Positions 10,871 through 23,335 of a stretch of DNA of 64,000 nt are shown one piece after another. Within the stretch, counting starts at the first letter, position 1; every line of letters starts with the position of its first letter. The notes under the pieces were generated by a model. It was given only the letters and a program-made list of their open reading frames with translations, made no database searches and was not told the DNA's origin. A program made the position numbers and the translations under genes. Source of the stretch: Cyanidioschyzon merolae (lineage: Eukaryota); the NCBI GenBank assembly GCA_000091205.1, contig AP006495.2. One strand, written 5' to 3'.

Positions 10871-13515
10871 GTGTAAGAAGACGGCTCTATATGGACAAGG
10901 TTTTTCTGACGCATTCGTTTTCGCGCAAGTCTTACTTCCAGCTTGGATACGGTCTCTCCCAGTTTCGTGATCACGTTTTGGTAGTCCCGTTGCTGACGTC
11001 GCATGTCGCGGCGGAGATTTTCTTCGTGCTCGCGCTGTTGGGCAAGTTCTACTTTGGTTTCTATCAGTTCCTGCAGGAGCGCGTGTTCATCAAACGACAA
11101 CGGGAGCACGTCAGCATTCACGGCATACGCTGTGACGCCGTGCGTACCAGAGGCTGCTTGTCCAGCGACCGCCGCTTTCTCGCCAATCTGGTTCAGCGTT
11201 GACTGCTGCGCCTGGATGGTGCAGCTGCTGGCCTTCACGTGAGCGAGACTGGCCACGACTGACGCCCACCATTGCTGCCACTGATCGATTGCTTTCGTAC
11301 AAGTGCTTTTCAGGAGCAAAAGCTCTGTTTTGAGCCTAAGGACTTGGTGACGGGGTCGCTGCATCCGGATCGAAATCCGTTCGGGAAGCGCTTCAGCGGG
11401 TGAAAACGATGCGGCATTTTGCTGCACGAACACATGCTGTGCCTTGTTTCGCTGAAGAGCGTGGTGCAGCTCCTGAAACCCTTGAAGCATGTCCTTTTCG
11501 AAGGCTTCCCACTGCAAGCGCCAGGCAAAGAGATGTGCTCGGCAGTCGCTGGTTTCTTTGGAGAGCTTCCGCGCGAGTGTCGTCTGCCTTTGAGTCACCC
11601 GCGCTAGACGACCTTCGACGCTCACGCGGCCGCGTTGCAACCGTTCGCATGCCTCTTGCGCTTGTTGCTGCATCTCGCCTTGAAACATATGCATCTTTTT
11701 TCGCAGATGTTTCAGCTCTACTTTCGCCTGCCTCAGGGTGGAGCAAATGGAATCGTTCTCGAGTCTGGGGTCTCGCTCAGATGGAACACACGCCATCGGC
11801 CGTGTTACAGACATAGAACGATGCCGTCGCAGGCGCTCCAGCAATCCTGCAATCTGAGAAGCTGTCAAATCGAAGCAATGCTCAACGTGCTGGTACAGCG
11901 CGGGCAGCTCTGTCCCGGATAAGCGCTGCAAGACAATTACCACTTTTCTCAGCTGGTGGCTGTATCGCTTCTGGAGAATCTGATCCCGCACTAGCACTGC
12001 ATCGGAGAGATCCTTGAGTTGCTTCCTCAGTGTCACCACGGAGGTAAGTGCGGGTTCCATGCCTCGGGCTAGCGGTGCTTGCGAGTTCGGGCCTTCGCCG
12101 AGGTCGCTCCTGGTCGGTTGAGACGTCCTCACAGAGCCAACTGCTCGCCCTGGAGGTTGCTGCTCGGCAAGCGCTACAGGATGTTGATGCTCGGATGCGG
12201 CCGAATGCGGTTGCAAGTGCGCCCGCATGACGGAGAGTTGATGAGAGAGTCCGCTCAGGGCAGAGACGAGTGATGCACACTTTTTCCAGGCCAGGGTCAC
12301 GGTTTCCGCCGTATCCATTTCGTCTCCGTTGATCTGTGGGGATGAGTTGGACGGGATCTCTTGTGCTACTCGCACTGTTTCATAGCCAGACTCGCTCTCT
12401 GATGCCAGAGGTGCAGTCAGCAGAGAAAGCGTACGAGCAAGCGCTGCTGCATGTGCTGCACACTGCGCAGTGGGAAGCGTGCGCTCCTCCTCTGGAGCTA
12501 TCCCGTTCGTTGTGCCGGGGGTTCTTGAGCTCGATGGTCGCGCCCCGTGGGTTCCTGTTCCTGCAAACGCGTCCTCGATGCGAACATGGCCTCCGCTGTC
12601 TTGGTCCGTCGCATATCGCGCGGATTTCTCTTGCGAGGCAGCAGTCGATGGTGACAATACCTGGGTGGCGCTGCTTGCTGATTTCCCCACGAGCGAAGCC
12701 GTCGAGATTGCCCCTTCCTTTTTCCCGAAGACTTGTTCATCTTTTCCAGGCGTCGATGGTCTCTCATCTGGACCGGAGACGGAGCTGCTCACTCGACGCT
12801 TCATCTCTGTTGCCGGGAGCGTCCCGGTCACCCCAGCATTTGCATGTCCATCAGTTGCTGAAGAGGTGGGTTCCAACACGACGGATGGCTGAACAGGCTG
12901 GGCATGCAGCTGCTCTTTACTGAGCGTCGACGCTTCGGCAGACGACTCTGAATCATCGGACCAGAGTGTCGACTCGACGCTCCACTGACTCAGCTCCGAT
13001 GGAGCATAAGAGGAGACGCTGTCACGAGATCCCGAAGGCAGCGCTGAGCCCATCCAGGACAGACAGACTCTAGCGAAGATCCGGGAACCATTGGATAGCA
13101 CGAAGACATGTTCGCGTTGAACACCACTACCGAGTTCACCCAAGAACATCACGAGGTCAAAGTGAACTTTCTCCAAAGCCTTCGACGAAAGTTCGGAACC
13201 ACGAGATGGTTGTCGTTTGCCGGGCGCTTGCCAAGTCAACAAACGCAGTTTGCAGTCCTTGGACTCAAACTTTCCGGTCTTGCGGTCTCTGTAAAGCGAG
13301 CAGATAATAGAAAGACTCTCAGCGAGCGCAACTCGTTGACCAGCAGGGTTTGTTTCGAACGGCTGACTGGTAGCCGTGCGAAGCCCGCGTTGCAGCTGCA
13401 GAACGACGGCGCGTTGACGCGGACTCCCTTGGAAGCCCACCAGCTGTACATCAAACTGAAAGGTCTGTCGCTCTTTTTGAAGTCTACTCGGGAGTTTGGA
13501 CACCCGACGGAACAT
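10867..13515 (-). CDS. NT-C2 domain (EEIG1/EHBP1-type N-terminal C2) coiled-coil protein, 882 aa
   Basis: Uninterrupted ORF. The N-terminus (QTFQFDVQLVGFQGSPRQRAVVLQLQRG...KDCKLRL) fits the NT-C2 pattern. Long predicted coiled-coil segments follow. Function unknown. Confidence 0.5.
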   Translation of the reverse strand: MFRRVSKLPSRLQKERQTFQFDVQLVGFQGSPRQRAVVLQLQRGLRTATSQPFETNPAGQRVALAESLSIICSLYRDRKTGKFESKDCKLRLLTWQAPGKRQPSRGSELSSKALEKVHFDLVMFLGELGSGVQREHVFVLSNGSRIFARVCLSWMGSALPSGSRDSVSSYAPSELSQWSVESTLWSDDSESSAEASTLSKEQLHAQPVQPSVVLEPTSSATDGHANAGVTGTLPATEMKRRVSSSVSGPDERPSTPGKDEQVFGKKEGAISTASLVGKSASSATQVLSPSTAASQEKSARYATDQDSGGHVRIEDAFAGTGTHGARPSSSRTPGTTNGIAPEEERTLPTAQCAAHAAALARTLSLLTAPLASESESGYETVRVAQEIPSNSSPQINGDEMDTAETVTLAWKKCASLVSALSGLSHQLSVMRAHLQPHSAASEHQHPVALAEQQPPGRAVGSVRTSQPTRSDLGEGPNSQAPLARGMEPALTSVVTLRKQLKDLSDAVLVRDQILQKRYSHQLRKVVIVLQRLSGTELPALYQHVEHCFDLTASQIAGLLERLRRHRSMSVTRPMACVPSERDPRLENDSICSTLRQAKVELKHLRKKMHMFQGEMQQQAQEACERLQRGRVSVEGRLARVTQRQTTLARKLSKETSDCRAHLFAWRLQWEAFEKDMLQGFQELHHALQRNKAQHVFVQQNAASFSPAEALPERISIRMQRPRHQVLRLKTELLLLKSTCTKAIDQWQQWWASVVASLAHVKASSCTIQAQQSTLNQIGEKAAVAGQAASGTHGVTAYAVNADVLPLSFDEHALLQELIETKVELAQQREHEENLRRDMRRQQRDYQNVITKLGETVSKLEVRLARKRMRQKNLVHIEPSSYT

Positions 13516-16500
13516 GAGGCTTTGCTGCTCTGCAGTGCACAGGTGGCTGCCCGAGTTCGCGTTCGGAACGGTCGCTGCGGCCGCGTTGCTTCGAGAACCC
13601 CAGAACGAACGGTGCTGAAGGCCCAGTGCCTGGTACAGGAACGCTGGGGTGTCCTTTTGTTCTGAGCAGCTGATCGGTGTTGCGTGATGGTACGAATGCT
13701 CAGGTAGGCTTCAAGTATGCATGTTTTGAACAAGCGTCGTTGAAGCGGCCTACAATAGTGAGCAGCGCAAGTTTCCGACGTAAAGGGCTCTTTCTGTTGG
13801 GCGGGTGCTGTTGCGAAAAGGACGTATCAGTTGGGACACTCTCAGCGTTCGGATTGTGTTGTTGCGAGGGATGTAAGGATGAAGCAGCGGTATAATGGTG
13901 TTTCGGTAGTAGTAAGGTGCTACATTCGAAGCAGGACAAAGCTAGTGAAGCCGTGTCGCGAGGAACGTCCGTTTTCACCAGGAGGATCGGTGCTCTACCC
14001 TACGAAGCGTTTGCATGAACTGTAGATCAGACGGCCACCAAAACCGAAGCATGCTGTCCGTAAAATGACGCTGAAATGATTGCAGGTCGACCACGTGGCA
14101 CGAATGGAAGCAGCACGGAATACAGAAGGACGCAACGCGTTGGATCTCTGTTCGACCTCCACAGCTGCCTCGTTGATTGTTCGTACGGTATCAACGGAAG
14201 CGACAAACAACTCGGATGACACTACACATCAGATCCGGAGGACATACCAGCACATATAGACCTGAACTTGAACGACACCTGTGCAGTGCCAACGTCAGAG
14301 ACTTGCAGCAAAAGAGGCGAGTACAAGACGCTTTGTCTCAATTGTGTATGGATATAACGAGGAAAGCGTCGACTTCCGCCGACGCATGAAATGCAAACAA
14401 CGCGTCCAGAAGCAAATGACATTGAATTGTTCTGCTGCATGAAGCACCGCACTTTTATCGTTTGCATAGCCTGCTTGTTGAGCTGCTTATGTCCGCGATA
14501 ATCACTGAGATGTAACTGTGTCAGAACCAATTCGGAAGCTTCTGCTTGGGTAACGCGGGCGTAGACGCTAGCATTTTCGGTTTCTTCATGCTGTCACCAA
14601 CAGCAGCCATGCGGGCTTTCCCCCGCGAAGCCAAGTCCGAGTCCCAGATACTTTTCCATGGAAACAGCAGGGACGGAGGCATCTGAAAGCATTTGCCGTC
14701 AGCGGTACCTTCCTGGGGTCGAATGATACTTCTTCGAATACTGCTTACAGAGTAGAATTCGGTTTTCGAATGGAATCGAATCTTGGACATGAGGTTCAGT
14801 GTATTTCGGCATGAGCTTGTGAGTAAGCCGTCAAGGGACGATATCTAGAATATTGAATGTCGACTATCCAGAGGCGTGAGCTGCTGTTTCCACCACTTAC
14901 CTCGAACAAGAAAGATCGAAAACTCGCAGATTGCGTGTTTTGAGCAGGCTACACGTAAGAAAGGAGAAGCTTGGAAGTTTCTATATTTGAGCAGGATGAT
15001 GATGTCAGTTACTTTACGAAACCCTGTTCAACGACTCTACGAATCATCTTGATTCAGGTGTCGCAACGAATTCCAGCGGCAAAACTTCGAAGGAGCCCAT
15101 TAAAAAAGACGCCCGATAATCCTGAATGTGCCTATGAATCCGTAAGCTCCCCTCTCCACTCTTCCATTGTCGATGCTGTGCAACTAAAATCTGGTCGGAA
15201 GAAAATGCATACAAGTGAAGAAAGCGAGTAGTCCAGTGTTCGGGATTAAACTGACGCCAGTGCCGTTGATGAGGCAGGCACTTACGCTGCCTATCCTCCT
15301 GTGCCTCTATATCTCTATTTATCTAACCATGCGTCTATGGACCCATCGTGAATTGAGTGCTTCGATCGATAAACAGTGCAATGGAATCGTAGAAGAACGT
15401 AACTGTTCACATATTGCCCCTGGAAAACCGCTTCCAGTCCATAGGTTTGACACTCCAGTCTCTTTGGTTTTTGAAGCAGACCATGCTAGTGCAGTGCACG
15501 AGGCGGAACGCCAAGGCGCTCTCTCTCCTGGCCTCTGATTCGGTTTTCAGCACAAGGTTCCGGCGTTGCAGTACACTGCCTACAATGAGTACAAGACGAT
15601 TCTTTCAAAAAATATAACTCTCGCACGAAATAAAGCCGCAGGGCGCCTTGGAAACACATTTTTTCTCTGTGCTCATCGAGATATTCATGTCGTAGTGCAG
15701 CAAGTGCGTGTTCGCAATGTTGCCGGTGGTGTCACACCAGGCACGCTTCTCGCTCTCCATTGTCTCGTCATCGAAGGTTCGGTCCGCTGCCCGTAGCGCA
15801 TCTCGCGCATCCGTATCTGTTTCACACGCTCCTTCTCGATGTGTCTCAGAGCGTACCTTTGCTCATGATGCGCGTGTATTGTCGTGAACGCATCCATGGG
15901 AATCGTCGAGCATCCACGCTAGACCACGGGAAACGCTCCCGTCGATGGAGCACGACTGCAGCCTCTGCGCGCTGCACGACGTCTAGAACTGCAGCCCAGC
16001 ACTAAGTGACGCGAGTTGTCCGTCATTCGCCCTTCCGTCTCATGGGCAAAAGTCACGAATGGACGGTTCTTGCCTCCGTACAACCGACATTGTTGCCGGA
16101 TGCAGCGCACGCTCGCCAACTCCTGTTCAAAATCGTTCGCACGAGACTTCCACGTTCCCGTATCCGATCTGAGGCAGAGCACCCCTTCAATGAGCACCAC
16201 TCGACGGGGCCGTGCAGGTTACCGCACACCTGGTACATCGGACACACCGGAGACAAGGCTTGCAGGGCGCTGCCTCACGAAGCACTTGATATGCACCTGC
16301 ATTTGCGTTTGGGGTTTGGTTTCGTCTTTTCTGGAAACCTGTGCTGTTGATGTTCCGATCGCCGGAGTGGTGCGGAGACGCCTCAACGTTCTCTAAGAAG
16401 CGGGCGTGTAAGCTTCTTACTCTACAAGCAGGTCGTGCGGCGTCATCTGCCCGACGGATCAGTTTTGTTGTCACACGAAGAGTTGATGGAAACCTTCCGG

Positions 16501-18513
16501 AGTGTCGTGGACAGCAGGCAGTCCTGGATCCGGAACCCCTGTGAGCCGTTCCTCGCCAAGGTCCATCAAGGCAAGGCAAGCGGGGCGGAGTCTTCTTCGA
16601 ATCAGAAGCTACGTGATCCCCAATGGCGCCTGCACCGCACGTTCGAGGAAATGCTCTCGCTTGTTGGGTTTTTCTATTGGAGCGAGGCCTAGCCACCGTC
16701 TCAGACGTATGGTTCCGCTCCAGCAGCTTCGCCTTCCTGTCCCTTGACGTCCTTTTCTCGAAAGCGTCTTGTCCTTCTCTGTCAGATGGGTTTCTGCTCG
16801 TTAGCCTTTCTGTGGTTGGAGTGACATGAATGCTGGCGCTGTGCCCCGTATCCGGTCGCTTTCCCCGACATGCAGACGCACGGGATGGAATGCAGTACGC
16901 AAACGCTCCTCTTCTATACATGTATATACGCTTTCTTTCGTATGTTTTCGTCCTCGTCTGCGTCGCGAGCACGACCGCCGACAGCCGCGCGCGTTTCCGC
17001 TCCTTCCTCCGCTCACATGAAGAAGCAACTGCGCAATTCAGGGTTCGTGAAGCTAGTGAACGACTCGCTCAAGAACGATGCCACAGATACAAAAAACTCG
17101 TCTATTGATCCGTCAGCGCCTCACAGCGTTTGCCAACGTAGAAGACGTCTTCGACGGGATCGAATCAACGAGAATAGGCAGGCACCACGAGCAGTCCAGC
17201 ACCGTGCCCAGCTGCGTGCTCCTTGACCCAGTACGAGGGACAGATACTGACGTTGTCTCACAACAGCACAGATGAATTTACGAACGAGAGGCCACAAAGT
17301 GTTTCCACGGAGGATCAGCTCATGGGTGATCCTGTCGGATAGGCGGTTTACAGGTGATACCACAATCGCATCTTCGCTTGTGTTGATCCCGCCGTCATGC
17401 TCGCTTGTCTCTTCGCTACGAACTCCGATTCGCCCCATTATGACGAGCAACATATAACTCTACCATTTGTCGACCATGAATTCTCATCGTGTGAAACGAA
17501 AACCCACCGCTCCTATCATAAGCGTTCCCGTCTCCGTTCGACATCCATCGTGTGTGTTGCAGACGAGCACTGGTCCCCTACAAGGGCGAGCTTCTTTCTC
17601 GTTCATCCGCCTCGCGTCATTATCTTTCGTATCAATGGTACGGAAACTTCACATCCTGTACCTTCTATGACAGTATATCGAATGCAATGCACACCGTGGA
17701 ATGGATCTACGAGCAGAACGTCCTGATAATACAGCTCGACAGATTCCGCTTTTGATGCGCTTTCAGCATCAGGTATGCGAGAAGCGTGCATCATCCATCC
17801 GCTGACTGCGGAGTAAATCTCTCGTACAAGTGAGGCTGTTTTTTCGCAAAGCGTCAATGACAACATAACGTCATTCTGCCACCTCTGTCTCTCTCCAAGC
17901 AACAGGACACATGCTTTCTGTTAAACACCTGCCAGAGGAACACAGAAAATCATAAACAGCATGCTGACGCACGTGTTCTGGACACAGGTGCTCCTAGGAT
18001 TACGCTGCCCCCGCATGACGCAGGAAGTGAACTCGCGATGCCGCCGCAGTTACATCGCAACGCATCATGCGTTCCCGATCATCGATCCGCATACATGGGG
18101 TCTGCCTCGTACACGCCCTGACCAGCTACGAGTTGACTGCACGAAGAACCATTCAGGTCGGTACCACAGAGCAGCCATTTTCCCAAGTTCCGCTGGAACC
18201 TCCCTTTACCGCACTCAAAATGCCGAAGCTCCTGTTTTGTCTCGCTGACGCATTGGAACGGAAAGCGCTTGTACGCATCTGGTGCATCAATCATCGTTCA
18301 TCGCGGCTGATGCTACCAAGTCACTTTCCTAAACCGGGGCTGACCGCACTCAAAAGCTACCTTACCTGTGAGATTCTGCAGAAATGCATGGAACGGGACC
18401 AGATCACGGCTCTGTTGCCGTCCCTACACATATACGATAGCTGACGCTTTGCTTGTCACTGACAAAGGTTGCGCGTCATCATCTCCCATTCCGCACTCGT
18501 CAAGCAGCGAAAA

Positions 18514-19275
18514 CTAAATATACAACAGCTGACGCTTCGCGAGTAACTGGCGAAGATTGGGCATCCTAATTTCCCAGTCCGCCCTGGTGAAGCAACCAAA
18601 ACGTTCAGCAGCCAGCAGCAACGCTTCCAGCGTCGCCGGACTAGGTCCGTCGTCATCCTCGACTGCGAGGAGTGCCAGCACCGGTATCCGCAGCCAACAA
18701 CCTGCTGCTAGCAGTGCAGCTGTGATTCCACCAATGCAACCAGTCTCTACCCAGCGTAGCTGGATACGGTTCTGCTGCGTGCCCTCATCACTCCACAGAG
18801 GGCGAAGCAACGGGTCATCGATCTGCACGAGGTCATTCGCCAGGACCAAGACTTGCGAAGCGTTTTCCACGTTTGATAGTGATGGATACGACGTACTCGT
18901 CAAAATCGCTGCTGCTTGGTGCGGTTCGATGGTTCGCAAGGCAACCACCAGGTGCTGCGGGCGTGTCGCTGCCAGCAAGGAAGTGGCCACCGTCGGAGCT
19001 CGTTCGAGTGGCAGCCTGTGAATGTTGACGACCTGCCGCTCCAGGTTCCCCGTACGCTTTACACGCAACGTTTGCGCGGCCGGTCCGTCCAACACAAAGA
19101 TCAAGCGTTGCTGAGGGTCCACGAGGTTCCAGAGAGCGGCTTCCTCCCCGCTGAGGGAAGCGGTGGCGGCTGCTGCTGCCTCCTCATCTGACTCGTACCC
19201 AGAATCCGTCACTGGGTCAGCAAAGTCCTGCGATAACTGCTCACTTGGATCAACTGACAACGTATGACGAAACAT
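18514..19275 (-). CDS. Hypothetical acidic protein (253 aa)
   Basis: Uninterrupted ORF with an acidic, serine-rich N-terminus. No motif recognised. Confidence 0.35.
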   Translation of the reverse strand: MFRHTLSVDPSEQLSQDFADPVTDSGYESDEEAAAAATASLSGEEAALWNLVDPQQRLIFVLDGPAAQTLRVKRTGNLERQVVNIHRLPLERAPTVATSLLAATRPQHLVVALRTIEPHQAAAILTSTSYPSLSNVENASQVLVLANDLVQIDDPLLRPLWSDEGTQQNRIQLRWVETGCIGGITAALLAAGCWLRIPVLALLAVEDDDGPSPATLEALLLAAERFGCFTRADWEIRMPNLRQLLAKRQLLYI

Positions 19276-19574
19276 GTGCCGCTTTTGTTCTCATCTGACA
19301 ACCAGAGAGCGGTCCTGCTGGCGACGAGCACCGACTTGCAATGCAGTGCAGCCAGCAACGTGTTGAAAGAGCACGAACGCGGGCATCAAAGCATCGCAGC
19401 CCAGTCTTGAGCTGCGAGTCGCATGACGCGACGCGGATGATAGACGCCATCGAGAAGATACCAAGGAAGCGAGGGTACGAGTTGTTTCGTCGATATGTTG
19501 AGAGGCATCGCTGTCGTTCGAGGAAGACGTCCGTTCGCCATGTAGACGGTACCAATTTCAGGTATGTATAGACG

Positions 19575-21117
19575 CATAGCAGACATACATGGAACGGGCC
19601 CACAGCGCTCAATCGGGCGTACACACGAAATGCGGAGCATCTCGTATTTGTCATGAACAAATGACCCGGTAGGCCTCTTCCGACACAGCGTACTTGCTCT
19701 CGTTCGCACCTCGGGATTTTTGGACACGCCAGTCTCTCTGGACCCCGCAGTTCCACGGTCTCCCGTCGAAGGATGCTCGTGGCAGCGCCCGAGTCCCGAT
19801 CTCACAGCTGCCGGCTGTTGTCGATGCAGTTCATCCACCGGCGAGACTTGCAATCCATGCTTCGCTTGCCAGCTTCGTCTTCTTCGAATACAGCGCCGAT
19901 GCGCTTTGCGCAGCGGTCGCACTCGACTGCTGTTGTCGGGTATCCCACATGTCCAGCGCACACCCGTCACCGAGTGCAGCGCTGTGCGGCGTGAAGGACT
20001 CCTCCAGTGCTCGGTGCACGCCCCTGACGAGTACAGAAGGCGTCGCTCGATGCCGTGCTCCGTTGCCGCGCCCGGTACCGTACACTGTCGTCACGAACTT
20101 GTTCAGGGCGATCCCCTCGGCGAGTACGCTGTCCGCGGCAGACGCAAGCGAAGGCTTCTGCATTACGCAGAGGATCTGTGAAACGCGGTGCTGTCCGTGA
20201 TAGAGCACGGAGCAGACGGAAGCTTCACACTCGAGAAGTCGTCGACATACTCCGAGCCGTTTCCGATCCCTGGTTGCAAAGCGGTGACACAGGCTCCGCT
20301 GGAAGCGAGTGCCGGGAGAGCTGGTATCCGAGTCCGAGACCGAGCACCCATGGACGGGCAGGAGCCGAGCACCCGTGGACGGGCAGGAGCCGAGCACCCA
20401 TGGACGGGCAGGAGCCGAGCACCCATGGACGGGCAGGAGCCGAGCACCCGTGGACGGGCAGGAGCCGAGCACCCGTGGACGGGCAGGAGCCGAGCACCCA
20501 TGGACGGGCAGGAGCCGAGCACCCATGGACGTCCGTGCCCTGTGGGGTACCGTGCTTGCGTCGAACGCCGTCTCAGCGGTGTTAGCAAGGAGCCGGGCGA
20601 TATGTCTCCTCGGCCGAGTTCGACGCTCTGACTTGCGAAGTACGGTGAGCGATCGGCTCGAGCTTGTGAGCAAGTCGTTAACGGACGGCGTCGACGAACG
20701 TTCCGAAAGCGTCCAGGTGCTTGAGGTGGCGCGCCCACTGGGTTGCCTCGGAATAGCAAGATCGAAAACCTGAAGATTGGATACTCGGAGCGGGCTGCAA
20801 GTGAAGATAGAAGAAGAGAGGCGTCTAGCGCGTATGCATACAACGGTAGTATCGATTCGTTTACGATGCCTTGTTCGCGGGTGTCCCGAATCGTCTCGAT
20901 TCTGGTGACGTAACGAGTTGCAGCGGCACATCGTTGAACGTGTCGCTCCGCGAGAAAGAAGAACCACCGACCTAGAATCCTGAGAGTGTATACGAATCCG
21001 TAAGCATTTTATTGGTGCTCCATGAAAGTCAGCGCTTTGCATCTGAACAAGTTCAGAGGGAAATCTAAATGCAGGAACAGGGTGTGCAGTTCTTTTGTAG
21101 ACTTATATCTGACGCGG
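19575..21117. repeat. Segmental duplication, copy 1 (about 1.54 kb, direct orientation)
   Basis: Near-identical to 26608-28175, with a few SNPs and one extra 25-bp unit in copy 2. The coordinate offset is 7033 before the minisatellite and 7058 after it. Divergence points were read directly at both ends. Confidence 0.9.
20338..20530. repeat. 25-bp minisatellite, about 7.7 units (ccgagcaccc[a/g]tggacgggcaggag)
   Basis: Direct reading. Because 25 is not a multiple of 3, all three frames give a 25-aa periodic pseudo-peptide (EHPWTGRSRAPMDGQEPSTHGRAGA), explaining the overlapping ORFs. Confidence 0.9.
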
Positions 21118-21718
21118 GTGTCTGCAACTGCCAACGCAGGCATTTACGTCCGAAGCTGTGGGTCTCAATATGGTTTTCCAGTAGCGATGACTGCCAGGGT
21201 TGGTTTGCGGTGCAAACCAAGGTTCCTGAGCTTAACTTGAATGCTTCTAGCGAGCGCACTGGTTTATTGTTGCTCTCGCGAGAGGCTGGCGCGCCTTGTA
21301 TGAACCTCAAACGCTCTATGTTTCCGACCAACGGCACTTGTCTCAGAACCTGCTGATTACCTCGGCACCGCTTCCCGTACACAAGCCTTCAAAGCACATT
21401 ATTAAAGGATTCATGATAGATGCTTTTCCAGGAAACTGTCGTGCGGTTGTCTACCCGATGTTGGAGCAATAGCTAGTGCCCCCATTGTATGAGCGTGAAG
21501 CGCGCTCAGCAGGTTCCTATGCGTTGCGCGTCACCTTTCCTTGCCTGTATGATAGCGCCGCCCCTACATATGTTCCTACGCTGGGTGCACGGAGTATTCT
21601 ATATGACCGAGCGAGCGTGGAGCCAAAGCGCAATTGGCAATCGAAGATGTTCAGCATAGCGAGTACCCGAAGTCGCCATACAGTGACCTGTCTATAGAAA
21701 ACACAACTTGAAGGACAG

Positions 21719-23335
21719 CTATCGACCACGACGTCGCCTTTCGGGACGTCGGCGACTGGTGGAGCGCTTTCTTACTTTTGGCGGCCGCTGCGTGAAGTCA
21801 TCATCATCATCGTCGTCGTCGTGGTCGTCGTGGTCGTCGTCTACATTGTTACCGTCTTCGACGTTGTCATCAGCATCGTCGTCATGGATCCTACCAGGGA
21901 CGTCTTCACTGCCTATTGCCTCGTCTTCCGCGGGTTCATTTCCATCACTGATCCTTTCTGTTGGCAACCGCAGTGAAACTGGGCGGCCTTCATGCTGCTC
22001 CGGCTCTTGAATGACGCCCTGGTCATGGAAACCAGTCTGCATGCCCGATACGGGACGCTGCTCCACTGACGCTTCGGGGCCTTCGTCGGGTCTTCCGGGA
22101 AACCACCGCCCTTCCCGCGGAACATTTTCGGGCTCCACAGAAGCACTCGTCTTTGTGAGCTGGCCGCCCTCATTTTTGCCAGAGGAAGCTCGAGGACCAG
22201 GACGCAGAGTGTCCGTTCCCGCAGAGCCGTTATCCTCATCCAGATGATTCCCTGTTGCTGCAGCATTCCTGGGGAGCTGCTCCGAGCTCTCGTTCACGGT
22301 TCGGGCGCTGGCCTGGCGGAGTCGCACTGCGGCGACGCGGGAACTTTGCCGTCCCCCACCACCCCAACATTTCTCCAGATGCTGCGCATACCGAGCGGCT
22401 GAAACAGAACTTTTGCAATGAAAACAGACGAGGACACCCTCACGGGCTGCTTGCCGAGCCTGCGTACATCCATTCAAAGGCGTTTCTACGGTATCTTCAT
22501 CCAACAGGCTAGTCATGCGAAGCGCTTCGAAGAGCGGACTGTGGATGCGTGCTCGATCATTGGTGCGTAGAATGCGCGAGAAGTACTCCTCTCGAAAAGC
22601 TTCCTCACAAGCTTCACGGAAGATCGCATCCGTCAAGAGGTTGTACACGTGCAGCACACAGGAGAGCTGCTCTAGCATGGACAGCCATGCAGGCCTATCA
22701 GGTTGTGGAGCCCGGCTTTGGTCGGCATCCGCAACACTTTCCCAAGTGCTCGCAGGTGCGTTCCCAGCACTGGCGAGGTCCTGCTTCTGCTTCTCGTCTG
22801 AATTGGTGACCAGCGGCATCGGATGCGGCTCAGTCACCTCTTCACAATCCATGATGGCAGAGCTTGTCCAGGGCTTTCGTTGTTTGCAGGCTCGGAGCAG
22901 CTGCTGCAGCAAGTGCAGGTCCTGCACGCGCTCTTTTTCAACGGAGGATACGCGCCGCGGCGACTGGTCGACGGCCTCGTCTTCACGGCGGCTACCATCT
23001 CGAGACTGTGTCGTCACACCGAGTCCACCAGGAGTGTGGTCCTCTTCGACGGAAACGCCTCCGTGCTTGTTCGTAGGATGCTGCTTGTGTCGGCGGGTGC
23101 GCCGTTCTGGCACTACCGGCGGCTCCGAGGCCGGCGTCTCGTCGGAGCGCCCGGGACTGGATGCCTCAGCGAGGACCGAGGAGGTATCTGCTGAGGGCGA
23201 AGGCGAGCGCGTCTCATCCTTGGCTGATTGAGCGCTAGCTGCGTCGCTCTCTAGCAGCAAACGGCCTCGTTTTGGGCGAACGCGAGAACCACGACTTAGG
23301 CCCGTTGCACGGGCACCCAATCTACCCCGCGGCAT
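21719..23335 (-). CDS. Sgf11-type zinc-finger protein with an acidic (D-rich) C-terminal tail, possibly a SAGA DUB-module-like factor
   Basis: CFHCKSSVSAARYAQHLEKC matches the Sgf11 C-x2-C-x11-H-x3-C finger. The C-terminus is DDDHDDHDDDDDDDD. Uninterrupted ORF. Confidence 0.5.
   Translation of the reverse strand: MPRGRLGARATGLSRGSRVRPKRGRLLLESDAASAQSAKDETRSPSPSADTSSVLAEASSPGRSDETPASEPPVVPERRTRRHKQHPTNKHGGVSVEEDHTPGGLGVTTQSRDGSRREDEAVDQSPRRVSSVEKERVQDLHLLQQLLRACKQRKPWTSSAIMDCEEVTEPHPMPLVTNSDEKQKQDLASAGNAPASTWESVADADQSRAPQPDRPAWLSMLEQLSCVLHVYNLLTDAIFREACEEAFREEYFSRILRTNDRARIHSPLFEALRMTSLLDEDTVETPLNGCTQARQAAREGVLVCFHCKSSVSAARYAQHLEKCWGGGGRQSSRVAAVRLRQASARTVNESSEQLPRNAAATGNHLDEDNGSAGTDTLRPGPRASSGKNEGGQLTKTSASVEPENVPREGRWFPGRPDEGPEASVEQRPVSGMQTGFHDQGVIQEPEQHEGRPVSLRLPTERISDGNEPAEDEAIGSEDVPGRIHDDDADDNVEDGNNVDDDHDDHDDDDDDDDFTQRPPKVRKRSTSRRRPERRRRGR

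Noticed and set aside
13108-13665. 185-aa plus-strand ORF (and 12336..12923, 195 aa)
   Set aside because: It is antisense to the 882-aa NT-C2 gene and shows no motif. This is typical of spurious long ORFs in high-GC DNA.
16187-16972. 261-aa minus-strand ORF
   Set aside because: It is Arg/Ala/Ser/Pro-rich with no domain signature and is overlapped by equally long ORFs in other frames.
20338-20530. CRISPR-like array (regular short repeats)
   Set aside because: The units are directly adjacent with no spacers, the context is eukaryotic, and it is simply a 25-bp minisatellite.
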